Assembly (NCBI RefSeq): GCF_009914755.1
Contig: NC_060935.1
Length of the DNA: 64,000 bases
Source: the human T2T-CHM13v2.0 reference genome, Homo sapiens
Direction: 5' to 3' (one strand)
Shown: positions 33,758 through 55,095 of the stretch, piece by piece
Layout of the letters: every line of letters begins with the position of its first letter
Numbering within the stretch: position 1 is the first letter of the stretch
Position numbers and translations under genes: made by a program
The notes under the pieces: model-generated
What the model was told of the DNA's origin: nothing
The model's database searches: none
The model's input: only the letters and a program-made list of their open reading frames with translations

Positions 33758-33823
33758 CTGGGGCCTAGAGATCACTTCAAGGACCCGGGTGTCCAACTCT
33801 CAATGCTGCCACCGTGACTCTGC
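33758..33823 (-). other. PACSIN3: Probable PACSIN3 non-coding 5' UTR exon
   Basis: Pyrimidine tract + caag| acceptor; CAG|gtatgt donor followed by G-runs. Confidence 0.65.
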
Positions 33824-36399
33824 CTTGAAGGAGAACAGAGCGGGGGTGAGGGTGGGGGCCTAGAGCGTCCAGGGCGGTGCCCGGCACCCCCAATATAGCA
33901 ACTGCTGTCAGAAGCGCCGGATTCCAGGGAGGAGAATGCCAGGCAGGTCACACGATCCAGCCAGGGATTAAATGGCAGGCGGGGGTGGGCGGTGGGCAGA
34001 AGGCCCCACTCCCCCAACTGCCGATGAGAGGACTCCTGCCCAGGCTAGGGCCTCTGTTGCCTTCCCTTGAGTGACAAGACAACCCTGTTACCCGAGAGGC
34101 CAAGTCAGAGGGTGCCTGGCCACATCCCAGTAGCTCCCTGTACTGAGGAGGGCACGAAGGGAACCAAGAGGCCTGGCTTCTGTGTTGGCCAGGAAGCCCG
34201 AACAAGTGTATGTAACTGTCTCCTCCTAAGGAGGCCCCAGCTCCCTCTAAGATGGAACTCCTCTGTGTGCTCAGCTGCCATGCCAGGGCTGGTGTGAAAC
34301 TCAAACCAAGCAACGCACCAGAAATACGAGGGGCCCTGCAGTCACGGAAGATACTCATCTCACTCCACACATCCACTGAGGGCCCGCAAGGCTCCGTGGG
34401 GAACACACAACCCGGGCCTGCCCTCCAAAGGCCTGGCGTCCAGGGCAGCATGGGGAAGTGAGAAGCGATGGCCAACTATAAGAATGTCTCCCAGGCTGGG
34501 TGTGGTGGCTCACGCCTGTAATCTCAGCACTTTGGGAGACTGAGGTGGGTGGATCACCTGAGGTCAGGAGTTCCAGACCAGCTTGGCCAACATGGAGGAA
34601 CCTCGTCTCTACTAAAAATATAAAAATTAGCCAGGCGTGGTGGCGGGAACCTGTAGTCCCAGCTACTTAGGAGGCTGAGGCATGAGAATCACTTGAACCT
34701 AGGAGGCGGAGGAGGTTGCGGTGAGCAGAGATTATACCACCGCCTGGGCAACAGAGTGAGACTGTCTCAAAAAAAAAAAAAAAAGTTCCCTAGAATCGCA
34801 GAGGACGGCAAGCCAATTCCAACCCCAGAGCCATGGCCCCAGGGACTCAAGGACACAGTGGCATGTGGCTGCTCCCCTCCTGCCTCTGGGCAGGGTCTCA
34901 GCTGTCCCCAGCACTGACTGACTCACAGACCCTAGAAGGAAATCGCTTCCTCTCTGAGCAGGCCCAAGGGACACAGCCAGACCCAGGAGGACAGTGTGCG
35001 CCCTTTGTCCCCAAAGCAGGGCGCTGTCACAGCGCTTCCTCCAAACTCATGCACCTCTGCTTCTCCTTCAAACCTCCAATTAAGGCATCTTCTCCTCAGT
35101 CACTTCCCCTGTTTCTCTGTCCTTGCTCCTGTAGCCCCGGGTGACCCTTCAGCCGGGGTGTATAACCCATGGAGTTGTGGCTGACAGGACAGTGTCTATC
35201 TTCAGTCACCGACAGAGGCTTCCAGGATTCTGATTTGTGTGTCCCCACGCGCTGGAATCAGCAATAATTAGTTAAGTGAGAAAAGAAGCGATGTCCACCT
35301 GGAGCGCAGGAAACGCGCCCGCTCCAGCAGCTGTGGGAATGCTTGGTCCAAGTGGGCTTCCCCCTCTGCTAACAGGAGACAGAGCTAGGGGCTCCGCGGA
35401 GACCCAGGCAATGGAGGTGCCCACCAGGGGCCTCACAAGCTCGTCACTTGGTTCCCTCTGCAGTGTGTCCTGTCTGCCCAGAAAGGACCTGACAGGGCGA
35501 TGGAGAGAAAGAGAGCTGCTGCCATGAATCACAGGGCTCTGGAGCCGCCCCAGTCCAGCCTCAGGAGCCTGGGGCCCCTTGCCTGTTCCAGCCTCCGAGT
35601 TCCCTGCTCCCCAGAGAGCTGCCCCCCACCCCTTCCCTCTCTCTGGCCCCAGAACAGAGCAAGCTGTGTGTACCGGGCTGGCACAGCTCCCTCCGGCCTC
35701 CCAGAGCAAACACAGGCCCAAGCCCCGGGTGCAGCCAGGCCCCACAGCCCCAGCCTGACCTCTCAGCAAGCAAGCAAGGAGGGCTTGCACCTTGGCCCCC
35801 ATTGAGCAGGTTGGCACCCTGTGCCTCCTGAGCTCAGCAGAGACCCAAATCAGTCCCCACCGCAGGCAAGAGCTCAGAAAGCAGGTAATGCAATCTTCCC
35901 AGCCCCGGGAGCCAGCACGTTCGGCTCCGAGAGGTCTTCCTGGGCTTGGCAGGGTCTCCTTGCAGCTGCACGGGCCAAGGTAGGAAGTCCCTGGTTCAGG
36001 GAAGACCCAGTCTCCCTACCTGAGGCCTGAAGGTACCCGGCCCCAGACCAGCCCCAACCTCTTCCAGAAGCTGGGGGCTTGCCCCTGGGAGGGAGCTCAG
36101 CCATTCTGCCTGGCCCATCCCTGGAACCTGAGTCACAGGCTGCGCCCAAGGGCTTCTTTCCCGGGCAGCCCCTCCCGGTGCGCCCGCAGCTCTAGGATTT
36201 GAGGACAGAGCGGGGGGGAGGGGAGGGGGCGTCAGTAGGCTGGTCCGAAGAGGGACAGCGAGGTTAGAGGGGCTGGAACCAGAAGCCAGAGCCAGCCAGG
36301 AGATCAGGAGGCTGGGGGAGGGGGTGGCGCAGCCAAAGCGGGAGGAGGCAGGGCCAGGGAGGGGCATAACAAAGGGGCACTTTTGGAAACCCGACCTGC

Positions 36400-38370
36400 C
36401 GGCCGGGGTGCCTGCTTCCAGATGACGCACTCCGAACCCCAGCCTCCACTCCAGAGCTCGGCGCCCAGAGGCTACGCGCCTCTGGCCTCAACCCTTATGG
36501 ACCGCGCCCCTCGACAGGACCCCTTGCCGCCCGGAGCTGCATAACTCGGAGCCCGTGGAGCCACGCGGAGCGGCAGGGCCAGGCCTAGCCACCGAAGCTC
36601 TAGACTTCTTGGCCAAACTTGTTGAACTTGGTCTTGGCGGGGGTGGGGCCACTGATCACCGCCAAGGGGAGGGGACGCCCCCTGCCTGGGCCGGCCTTGC
36701 CGTGGGCTCCAGATGGTGGCCCCGGGCAGCGGACCCAGGAATCGGGGCTCGCTGCATAGGGCGAGGGATCGCCAGGGAGCGAGGACCCTCTGGGGCCTCG
36801 GGGCGGGCGCGAGGCGAGCGGACGGGGGCCCTCGAGGGGCCCCTGAAGACGGCTCAGCCCTCCAGCGCCGGCGCCGCCTCCCCCGGGCGGCCTGCGGAAT
36901 TGCGGAGCCCGCGGCACCGCAGATGGGACGGCCCCTCGGCGCGGCTACGGCCCTTCCCGTCGGCACGCAGAGCGGGGTGGCCGGGGGCTCCCTGGGCGGG
37001 AGTCGGCTCCATTGCAAACTTCAGAAGCCGGAGCAGGAGAGGGCGGGCTCGAGCCACCGCACCCGCCGCCGCCTACCCGCGCGTCCCCTCCAGGGCACTC
37101 ACCGCGTCCTCCCTGGGCCCCTCGGCGGGTGGGGGTCCGGCCACGCTCCGGCCCGAGTCCTGCCGCTCCTGGGCCCGCGCCGCGGCCTCCCGGAGCGCGC
37201 CGGGCCCTCCCCCGGGAAGCCCGGCCCCCGGCCCCCGGCCCCGCCCCTCTCCTGGCCGCCGCTGCCTCAACCCCACGCGGCGGGGCAGCGGGGCTGCAGG
37301 CATCGCGGCGACCAGCGGCTCTTGTGGCGCGGGTCGAGGTTTCTCTGCTTCGCCCGTGTGCGGAGTGCCTGGGCGGGCTCCCCAGGGTTGCGCCCCGGTG
37401 CCGCAGGGAGCCAGATTTCGGCTTTGCCTCTCCCGGACCGTTGCAGAGCCTGGGAGACCCGAGGGAGCAAGAAGGGACCGGGCCGGCACGGGCAGCCTTG
37501 GAGAGGGGCCGGGGGAATTACACTGCCTTACATTTTTAGCTGCACAGCTTGTTTAGAAATTGGCTCAGGCGAGGCTCACAACCACCCCTTGTAAGCATTA
37601 GGATTCCCACTGTACAGATGCAAAAACTGAGGCTCGGGGGCTTTTCAGAGGCTTGCCCAAGATTTCCCTCTAGTCAGGCAGGGCTGGGACTCCAAAACCG
37701 TGCCCTACCGTTCCACAGCTGCCCTGCTAATCTGGGGCGCCTTCTAAGGCCTGAGACGAACACGCGGTGGGGGTGGGACAAAAAGGCCTAAGCTCCTCCC
37801 CCTCCGAGTTCTTATTTCCAGATTTTGTACCACGATTCATTCTTACCCTTCGCCCCTCCACCCCCTTTATCAGTCTGGTACATTTTTCCATATCGCCACG
37901 ATGCCACCCCACGCTAAATAAATCCCTTCTCCCTCCTCTCTCCCTACTTCCCTCTCCCCGCTTTCCCCCGGGGGTGAGATTTTGCAGAGCGGCTCCGTCT
38001 GTTATTTATATCCACTGGAGCGGTCCAAGAATGTTCCGAAGCTGACCTAATCGCCACCTGCTCGGCCTCTCCGCCCCTCCCACTCTCTCCTGGGCCCGGT
38101 GACCCAGCGGCGGTGCCCTGAGCCTTGAAGACCAGGGGGAGCGCGGACCAACGGGGTCGAACGCCCGGGCGCAGAAGGTCCCGGACGCAGAAGGTCCCGG
38201 GCGCGCAGAATCGCAGCGGGTCGGAGAGCCCCGGCGCTCTCAGAGGAGTGCGCCCCCAGGGACGCGGCTCTGAGCCCTGGGAAGCTGAGGCGCCTGGCTG
38301 CGCCCTCTGAAGCTCGTACTTTTCCTCCCACCCTCAGCTCCCTGAAGAGTGTGAGTGCGTGCGCGCGGAG
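36400..38370. promoter_or_regulatory. PACSIN3: PACSIN3 CpG-island promoter (core ~36400-37500, satellite CpG patch ~38050-38370)
   Basis: Very high GC and CpG density; GC boxes. Confidence 0.85.
37103..37200 (-). other. PACSIN3: Probable PACSIN3 non-coding first exon (5' end approximate)
   Basis: Strong GCG|gtgagt donor within the CpG island; GC boxes just upstream. Confidence 0.65.
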
Positions 38371-39474
38371 TTTTAAACGGCAGCTTTAAAAATAGCAAAA
38401 TTATGTTGTTTCTAAATCCAGGAGGAATCACTGACGCGTTCTTTACGCAGATGAATCCGCTCACAAAACGGGAAAGGGACCTGGAGAAAATGAATGGGGG
38501 TAATTTTGCCTGCCGAGGGCTCACTTGCTGGGCAGTGCTAATGGAAGGGTAAAACTGCCTCCCCAAGACACCTGTGGGGCACCCAAGGCGCGCCACCTTT
38601 GGCCTGAGGATTCTGGCCGTGTTTGGCAAATCATAGCTGAGTAGTGAATCTGAAACCTGGGATGTGGTTTCTGAAACCAATTTCAACACCCACTCTCTCT
38701 TAGGGCTTGGACAAGTCCCTTATCTCTATTTCTACCTCTATAAAACATGACAGGTGACCAGCTGACCTTCCGCTGAGCCATGAGCCCCAGCTAATTAATG
38801 ATTGTAAAAAACAACTGCAGATCAGAGGAGCTGGGAAAATGGCAAATCACAGCCACAGGGTTTTGTATTCTTTAAAATCAGTTAACATCCCTCCTAGCGC
38901 CTGAAGGCCTTTAGGCACCTAGACCGAAGTGTGAAAACACAAGAATGAAATTAATTACAGGAGCCACCTATTAAAACCTCATTAAAAATAAAGTTGGCAG
39001 CCAGGCTGTGGGATCTGGGAAAGCCAGGCCATAGAGAGACTCAGAAAACAGGGCTGTTCATCAGACCACAAAGAGAAGGGGATGTGGACTGGAAAACATC
39101 TGGCTTCCCTTGGGCTCAAGTCTGGGAGCAGAAAGCAGAAATGTTGCAGCTGATCTTAATTGCCCCTGAGGTACTGTAGGGGAAAAAAAACAACAAAATA
39201 AAACCCAGAGCATAGGGGGCTGCTTCTAAGCTGAAAGTAGACAGACATGCCTTTGGAAAGCCAGCTCCAAGCTAATGCTACCCCCAGGGCTCCCATTCTG
39301 CGCTCTATGGCCAGAGCCCTTAACATCCACACTGCTCCATCAGTGCTGTCCTCAACCCAGAGTTCAAGATGAGATGTCAGTGGACAGAGGGCTGCATAAA
39401 GACAGAAATCTGGTCGGGCGCGGTGGCCCACGCCTGTAATCCCAGCATTTTGGGAGGCCGAGGCGGGTGGATCA

Positions 39475-39744
<270 letters not shown>

Positions 39745-40612
39745 TCACGCCTGTAATGCCAGCACTTTGTGAGGCTGAGGCAGGTGGATCACCTGAGGTC
39801 AGGAGTTCAAGACCAGCCTGGCCAATAATGAAACCCCATCTCTACTAAAAACACAAAAAAACTAGCAGGCGTGGTCGTGGACGCCTGTAGTCCCAGCTAC
39901 TTGGGAGGCTGAGACAGGAGAATTGCTTGAACCCGGGAGGCTTAGGTAGCTGAGATTGCGCCACTGCTCTCCAGCCTGGTCGAAGGAAACTTTCTCTCAA
40001 AAAGAAAAAAAGACAAATCTAGCAAGGCATTTGGCTCAGGGTACCAATGGGCAGATTGGTCCATAGCCAGATTTCACGCCACTCACAGACTCACCTTGAG
40101 TTTCTGGAATATCCTAACCACTGTGCCTTCATTTGTTTATTTATGCATTCATTCACCCAGCCAAGAAAACACTTGAGTTTTTACTCCATGCTAAGGCTAT
40201 GCTAGGAATGTTGGGAGTACAAAGTTAAATAAGGCAGAGTCCAAGTGTACCGTAATGATGCAAGGCAGATAGGAAGTATTGAGAGAAAACAGGCAGAAGG
40301 GACGGCCTTTCACAGGACATGACACTGATAGGTCTTGATGAGTAGGAATTAGTCACGTGGACAGGCATTCTAGGCAGGAGCTTCAGGGTGTGCCAAGCCC
40401 CAGGGGTGTTACCATATGACTTTGTGACCTAGCAATTCTACTTTTTGGTATTTACCCTGGACGAACATGTACAAATGCAGAAAGAGGTACAATGATGTTT
40501 GCATATAGTACTGTTTGCAACAGGGGAGAACTGAAAACAAATGTTCATCATGAAGGCAATAGTTGAACAACCTAAAGTTCATTCATGCTGTGGATTACTC
40601 TGCAAAAACTCA

Positions 40613-41039
<427 letters not shown>

Positions 41040-41451
41040 TTACAGGCACGTGCCACCACGCCTGGCTAATTTTTGTATTTTTAGTAGAGACGGGGTTTCA
41101 CCATGTTGGTCAGGCTGGGCTCAAACTCCTGACCTCATGATCCACCCGCCTTGGCCTCCCAAACTGCTGGGATTACAGACATGAGCCACCGCACCCAGCC
41201 AAGAGATGTATTCTTATAAGAAGACCTCCAAGACGATGTCAAGGGAAAAAAGCAAAATGCAAAACACACTAAATCTTCACAGAAAATATACTTCATACTG
41301 ATTTTGGCGTTTATCTTTAGGCAGAGGTCTAGAATTGGTAAGGGACATTTTTGTAATGTTAGAAAATTTACAATGAGAATGTACCTATGTGTAAATTATG
41401 TAACTAAAATTAAAAACTGGGGGGTGGGCGAGTGGGTATTTGTATCTAAAA

Positions 41452-42946
<1,495 letters not shown>

Positions 42947-42988
42947 GTCTCGAATCTCTAGAATAATGAGGTCATGATGGGGTGGAGG

Positions 42989-44181
<1,193 letters not shown>

Positions 44182-44304
44182 GAAGCAGATGGAAGATGAA
44201 GCTGGAAAGATAGGTTGGGATTGGATGGTGAAGATTTGCAAAGTGGGCTAGGGAATTTGGACGCTACCCTATAGGCAGTGGGAAGTGTCCATGAGAGTAG
44301 GTAG

Positions 44305-44484
<180 letters not shown>

Positions 44485-44969
44485 TAATTTTTGTATTTTT
44501 AGTAGAGACGGGGTTTCATCATCTTGGCCAGGCTGGTCTTGAACTCCTGACCTCGTGATCCACCTGCCTTGGCCTCCCAAAGTGCTGGGATTACAGGCAT
44601 GAGCCACGGCGCCCAGCCAGATTTCCCCTTTTTAATGATAACTCTGGCCACCCTGCCGAGAGTAGATCAGAGCCGGCTAAGTGCTGCAGGCAGGGCTGTC
44701 TCCTCTGAAGGCTGCTTTGTGAGTTTCCCTCCGTGGCCTCTGGACATTGCCCCAGGATTCCTGACAGGCAGCTGAGTAAAGTATTCTAATTTCACAGCTA
44801 TGTTTTTCAGAGCTCAGGCAGTCCCGTGTAAAGACTGGTCCCAGTTATTGAGAGCAGTTAACCTCAGTGGGGCAGGCTGTTTATAGGTTACCAAGGCAGA
44901 CCGATGGCACTCGGGTGAAAATGAATCGCAGGTTTCAACAGTGCAGCCTATAGAGAAAGTTTCTCCAGG

Positions 44970-45055
44970 GTCAGGAAGTTACCCTATTAAAAAAAAAAAA
45001 AATGATGTTACCCTATATAGTCTAAAAAGGGGAGGAACCGGTAGTTCCGGGAATC
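44970..45055 (+). mobile_element. Isolated short MER41 core fragment
   Basis: GTCAGGAAGTTACCCTAT...AGTCTAAAAAGGGGAGGAACC..AGTTCCGGGAA; homologous to 43263-43317. Confidence 0.75.
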
Positions 45056-45427
45056 TGCCATTGCCCCAGGCAGATTCTTTAGCTGGTCCCCGCCTCAGCA
45101 GGAGACGCCCCAGGAGTTGCCATTGTGTACTCCGGGTTTCAGCTCTGTTGGCCGGGAGGCTCCTGCTCCAGAAGCCTACCCTGGTGCACTTGGGCACCCA
45201 TTGTGTGACCAACACCAGGCTGGGTGCTCAGTCCTTAATTCGAAGAAAGCAGGCCAGGTGCGGTGGCTCACGCCTGTAATCCAAGCATTTTGGGAGGCCG
45301 AGGAGGGTGGATCACTTGAGGTCAAGAGTTCAAGACCAGCCTGACCAACATGGTGAAACCCTGTCTCTACTAAAAATACAAAAATTAACCGGGCGTAGTG
45401 GCGCACGCCTGTAGTCCCTGCTACTCA

Positions 45428-45562
<135 letters not shown>

Positions 45563-46033
45563 CTACTTCATGGAATTTTCCACTGAAATCAAATAAAGGT
45601 CCAAAAACATCATTACCAATTGTCATGAGTGTTTGAAGGAAAAAAAAAAGGGACAGTGTGCTGGAAGAGGATAGTGGGAGTGTGGCTTCAGGGAGTTTAA
45701 GCCTCCACCCAAAAAGACCCAGAAGACAAATGGAAGTTAAGAAGGTGAAGAGGGGACCTAGGGAACGGCATTCCAGGCGGAACAACTGAAGACTGATGTA
45801 TGAAAAGGTCCTTACATGAGAACTTGACCTTCCAGGTCAGAAGGGTGGAGTGGGCAGGGCACGGTGAATGAGCGGGTGAGAGGCCTAGAATGAGGTGGGA
45901 GAGGCAGGCAGCACCCAGACACTACCAGGCTTTGTGAGTTCTGTTCCGAGTGCAAGAGGGGGCCCTTGGAGGGATTTAAGCAGAGGAGGGAACTGAATGG
46001 CCTTTTTGGATGTTGCATGAGGAATGGATTAGA

Positions 46034-46621
46034 GCAAGGAATTAGCAAACCATGGCCTATATGGCCCACAGCTAAGACTGGTTTTTACTTTTTTTCTTTT
46101 TTTTTTACTTTTATTTATTATTATTATTATTATTTTATTATACTTTAAGTTCTAGGGTACATGTGCACAACGTGCAGGTTTGTTACATATGTATATATGT
46201 GCCATGTTGGTGTGCTGCACCCTTTCTTTTTTTTCTACAGAGACAAGGTCTCCCTGTGTTCCTCAGGCTGGTCTTGAACTCCTGGGCTCAAGTGATCCTC
46301 CTGCCTTGGCTCCCCAAAGTGTTGGGATTTCAGGCGTGAGCCATTGCACTGGGCCGGTTTTTACCGTTTTAAATTGATGAAAAAAATAATAAAAAGAAGA
46401 CTATTTTGTGACGCACAAAGGTTATAGGAAATTCAAATTTTGGCATCTACAAATAAAGTTGGATTGGAACACAGCCACACTCATTTATTTATAAATTGCC
46501 TTTGGCTGTTTTCACACCACAATGGTAGAGTTAGTACCGTAGGTGCGACAGAAATCATATGGCTCAGACAGCCTAAAATATTTACTATCTGCCCCTTACA
46601 CAAAAACTGGCCTGACTCATG
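46034..46621 (+). mobile_element. MER58-type DNA transposon containing a monomeric Alu whose tail carries a short L1PA 3' end (~46110-46220, - strand)
   Basis: AATAAAGTT..TTGGAACACAGCCAC and CCTAAAATATTTACTATCTG MER58 motifs; TTATACTTTAAGTTCTAGGGTACATGTGCACAACGTGCAGG is the L1PA 3' terminus. Confidence 0.75.
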
Positions 46622-46952
46622 GATTAGAAAGAGAGAAAAAGCAGGGAAATCCAATTAAGAAGTATCTGCGGTAGATGGTACGGGGTCAGATGACCACAGA
46701 AGATGAACAGGGTGGCAGCCATGGAGGTATGAGATATGCATGGGGCCGGGCAAGGTGGCTCATGCCTGTAATCTCAGCACTTTGGGAGGCCAAGGAGGGC
46801 GGATCACCTGAGGTCAGGAGTTTGACACCAGCCTGACCAACATGGTGAAACCCCGTCTCTACTAAAAATAAAAAAATTAGCCTGTAATCCCAACACTTTG
46901 GGAGGCCGAGGTGGCTGGATCACCTGAGGTCGGGTGTAATCCCAGCTACTCA

Positions 46953-47156
<204 letters not shown>

Positions 47157-47256
47157 CTATTTTAGCCAATGTGATTCACTGCAGCTGCTTTGCCAATCAC
47201 AACTTTAGTTTTGCTTCTTTCCTCCCACCTTATAGATAACATTAATTAAGGTACAG

Positions 47257-49051
<1,795 letters not shown>

Positions 49052-49188
49052 AATAACCAATCTTAAGGGGCAGGCACCATGGCTCATGCCTGTAATCCCA
49101 GCACCTTGGGAGGCCGGGGCGGGCGGATCACCTGGGGTCAGGAGTTCGAGACCAGCCTGGCCAACATGGAGAAACCCTGTCTCTACTA

Positions 49189-49383
<195 letters not shown>

Positions 49384-49716
49384 TTACCCCCACTTCCTGA
49401 CAGCCTCCAATTTAAAGCAAAGCCCTGTTTCTTCGACTCTTCTCCAAATCACCCAACGCAAGTCAAATCCTATAATAAGTCCTTTCTAACACCCTCTTAG
49501 ACAGATGTCCCGTCATTCCCCCAGTACACATTCTCCACTGCAAACAGCAATAAACCCAAATTTCAGCTACAGGTGTGTTCCTGGTGGTGGCTGGCTGGGA
49601 ACAGTGACGTTTATTGGTAGGATAGGAGGCAGTTTGAAGAGATCCTCATATTGAAGATCTTTCAAGAGTCAGAGGGGCTGGCTGGGCACAGTAGCGTGTG
49701 CCTGGAGCCCCAGCTA

Positions 49717-50194
<478 letters not shown>

Positions 50195-50631
50195 TCAGGA
50201 GATGGAGACCATCCTGGCTAACACTGTGAAACCCCGTCTCTACTAAAAATACAAAAAAATTAGCTGGGCGTGGTGGCACGTGCCTGTAGTCCCAGCTACT
50301 TTGGGAGGCTGAGGCAGGAGAATTGCTTGAACCCAGGAGTTGGTGGTTGCAGTGAGCCCAGATCGCACCACTGCACTCCAGCCTGGGCGACAGAGTGAGA
50401 GTCTGTCTAAAAAAAAAAAGGTAAGAGGGGCCAGATAAAGGGGGTGATTGGATGGCAGGCAGAAGAATCATTAATTATACTGACATTTATTTAAAATCTA
50501 CTCTCCTCCTCACTGTTTCAAAGGGAACGCTCAGCCAGGCGTGGTGGCTCATGCCTGTAATCCCAGCCCTTTGAGAGGCTGAGGCAGGAGGATCACTGGA
50601 GCCAGGAATTCAAGATTACAGTGAGCTATGA

Positions 50632-50805
<174 letters not shown>

Positions 50806-50844
50806 TGAGTAACTGGGACTACAGGCTTGCATATGCCCAGCTAA

Positions 50845-51000
<156 letters not shown>

Positions 51001-51330
51001 TAAAAAAAACAAAAACAAAAAAGAAATGCTGAAATGGAAAATACTCTTTGCTCCCAATGGACTGTCTCTTCTAAGAGTGGGAGACAAGTAAACCTACAAC
51101 TACAATGGAACGCGATAAGCTTGCTGAGAGAAGAGGCATGGAGGGAGGGGGGGCACAGAAAAGGGGCACTTTAAGTCAGCTTAGGATGGGGTAAAGAATG
51201 AACAGTGTTGGCTGGGCACGGTGGCTCATGCCTGTAATTCCAGCACTTTGGGAGGCCGAGGCAGGCAGATCACCTGAGGTCTGGAGTTCAAGACCAGCCT
51301 GACCAGCATGGAGAAACCCTGTCTCTACTA

Positions 51331-51542
<212 letters not shown>

Positions 51543-51829
51543 TCACACCTGTAATCCCAGCACTTTGCAATCCCAGCACTTTGGGAGGGTAAGGCAGGAG
51601 GATCACTTGAGGCCAGGAGTTCAAGACCAGCCTGGGCAACATAGCAAGACCATGACTCTAGAACAAAACAAAAAAACAAAACAAAAAAATACTGGGGCAT
51701 GGTGGCTTGCACCTGTAGTTTCAGCTACTGGGGAGGCTGATGTGGAGGGACCACTTGAGTTCAAGGCTGTAGTGAGCTGCAATTATGCCACTGCACTCCA
51801 GCCTGGGCAACAGAGAGAGACCCTGCCTC

Positions 51830-51861
<32 letters not shown>

Positions 51862-52048
51862 GAAAGAAAGAAAAAGGAAAAGATAGTGTCAAGGAAGTCT
51901 TCCCAAAGAAGGTGACACTTAAGCTGAATCTTGAGATTGATCGAGGGGGAGGGGGAGGGTGCTCCAGGCAGAGGCAGCAGGAAATGCATGGGCAGGGAGG
52001 CCGCCTCTAGCTATAATGGATTTATGAGCAAGGCAAATGTCCTGCTTA

Positions 52049-52390
<342 letters not shown>

Positions 52391-52718
52391 TCAAAAAAAA
52401 AAACAACAAAAGAACCATGTTCGAGCAGTGGAGACCTGCCTTGCACACTCCAGTAAAGCGCTTTGTTTCAGGCTGTGCTTTGAGGCATCTTAACTAACCC
52501 CAGGTTTTACTTCGGCTCCCTTTGCTACATAGCAAAACCACTTCCTAGGGGCTTAAAGTCATTCATTCCCATCTGATGAGCCCCCAGATGCAGGGTGGAC
52601 AAAAAACTTTAATACTTTTTTTTTGAGACAAGGTCTCACTTTGTTGCCCAGGCTGCAGGCTGGAGTGCAGTGGCATGATCATAGCTCACTGAAGCCTCAA
52701 CCTGTTGGGCTCTGGTGA

Positions 52719-52907
<189 letters not shown>

Positions 52908-53876
52908 TGACCTAACACCTACTTTTTGATGCTGCTAATCTGACAGTGAGGAGGATGGAGTGGCCCTGCTCTGCTTTCTTGCCATGGAGAGGCCGTGTCA
53001 TGAAGCCCTGTTTACAGACGTTTTGCTCCTGTCTGTAACACTACTTTGACATAAGGCATCACAAGGCAACTCACTGAAAAGCTGCTGGGGATAGCAAACC
53101 AAGGTCTCAGGTTCACACTGGAAGCTGGACAGACCATGAGCATGACCCTGAATAATGCCAGTTTCTTTGATCTGCAAAACAATATTTGGCTTTATTGGGG
53201 TGTTTTCTAGAACAGATAATGTAGCACAGTGGAAAGAGCATTGGACTTGGGCTATGGGATTTTGGGTTCATCCTTTCAGTTTTCTAGGCTTTAGCTTCCT
53301 CATCCTAAAATGAAAGGGGAAGGATTAGACGGTCCCTCGGATCCCTTCCAGTTTTGGGACCTGTGGATTTCGTGACTTGCTGTAAAAGCAGCAGAAGCTT
53401 TCAACTCTAGGCTCCCTCTGGGAAATTTCCATCTAGTGGGATGCGTTTTCCTGGTGAAGGCTAATACACGACTCTGATTCTGTTCAAGTGGTCTGTGGAT
53501 CCAAATGTTTTGCTGAGTCTGCAAAATCATCAATAATCCACATGGATGTGTGTGAGCTTTCCACACAGTCACTGCATCCAGTGGTTTGCAAATAACAGCC
53601 TCAAGGATTCTGCAGAACTTGCAGCAAACTGAAGATTAAATTCCTCCTCAAGGCTTGGAAACAGACTGAATACAGGCATCCAGAGTCCTTGCTGCTTGGC
53701 ATCTCCAACACATATTTAAATGCCCTAACAGGAGCAAATCCATAACAGTGCTGAATGAAGGCAGGAGTCCCACACTCTGGGAGCAGCAATCAGTGTCAAA
53801 AATACAATTTTGGGCCTGGACGCGGTGGCTGATGGCTGTAATCACAGCACTTTGAGAGGCTGAGGTGGGCAGATCA

Positions 53877-54449
<573 letters not shown>

Positions 54450-54711
54450 TCAAACAAAACAAAAACAACAACTATACATACATATATATATAAATTTGGA
54501 TAGTGATGGAAGTGTCAAATAGCTTCATAAATACCAAAAAAACAAAACAAAACACACACACACACACTCAAGCCTCAAGCGGGCATGGTGTCACATGCTG
54601 TAATCCCAGCACTTTGGGAGGCCGAGACGAGTGGATCCCTTGAGGTCAGGAGTTCGAGACCAGCCTGGCCAATATGGTGAAACCCTGTCTCTACTAAAAA
54701 TACAACAATTA

Positions 54712-55095
<384 letters not shown>

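Noticed and set aside
36472-37594. Long ORFs of 333, 293, 181 and 175 aa over the PACSIN3 promoter
   Set aside because: Stop-poor GC-rich CpG island, open in several frames at once, low-complexity Pro/Arg/Gly/Ala translation, no recognisable domain.
44887-44901. RFX X-box-like GTTACCAAGGCAGAC
   Set aside because: Imperfect match with no independent support.
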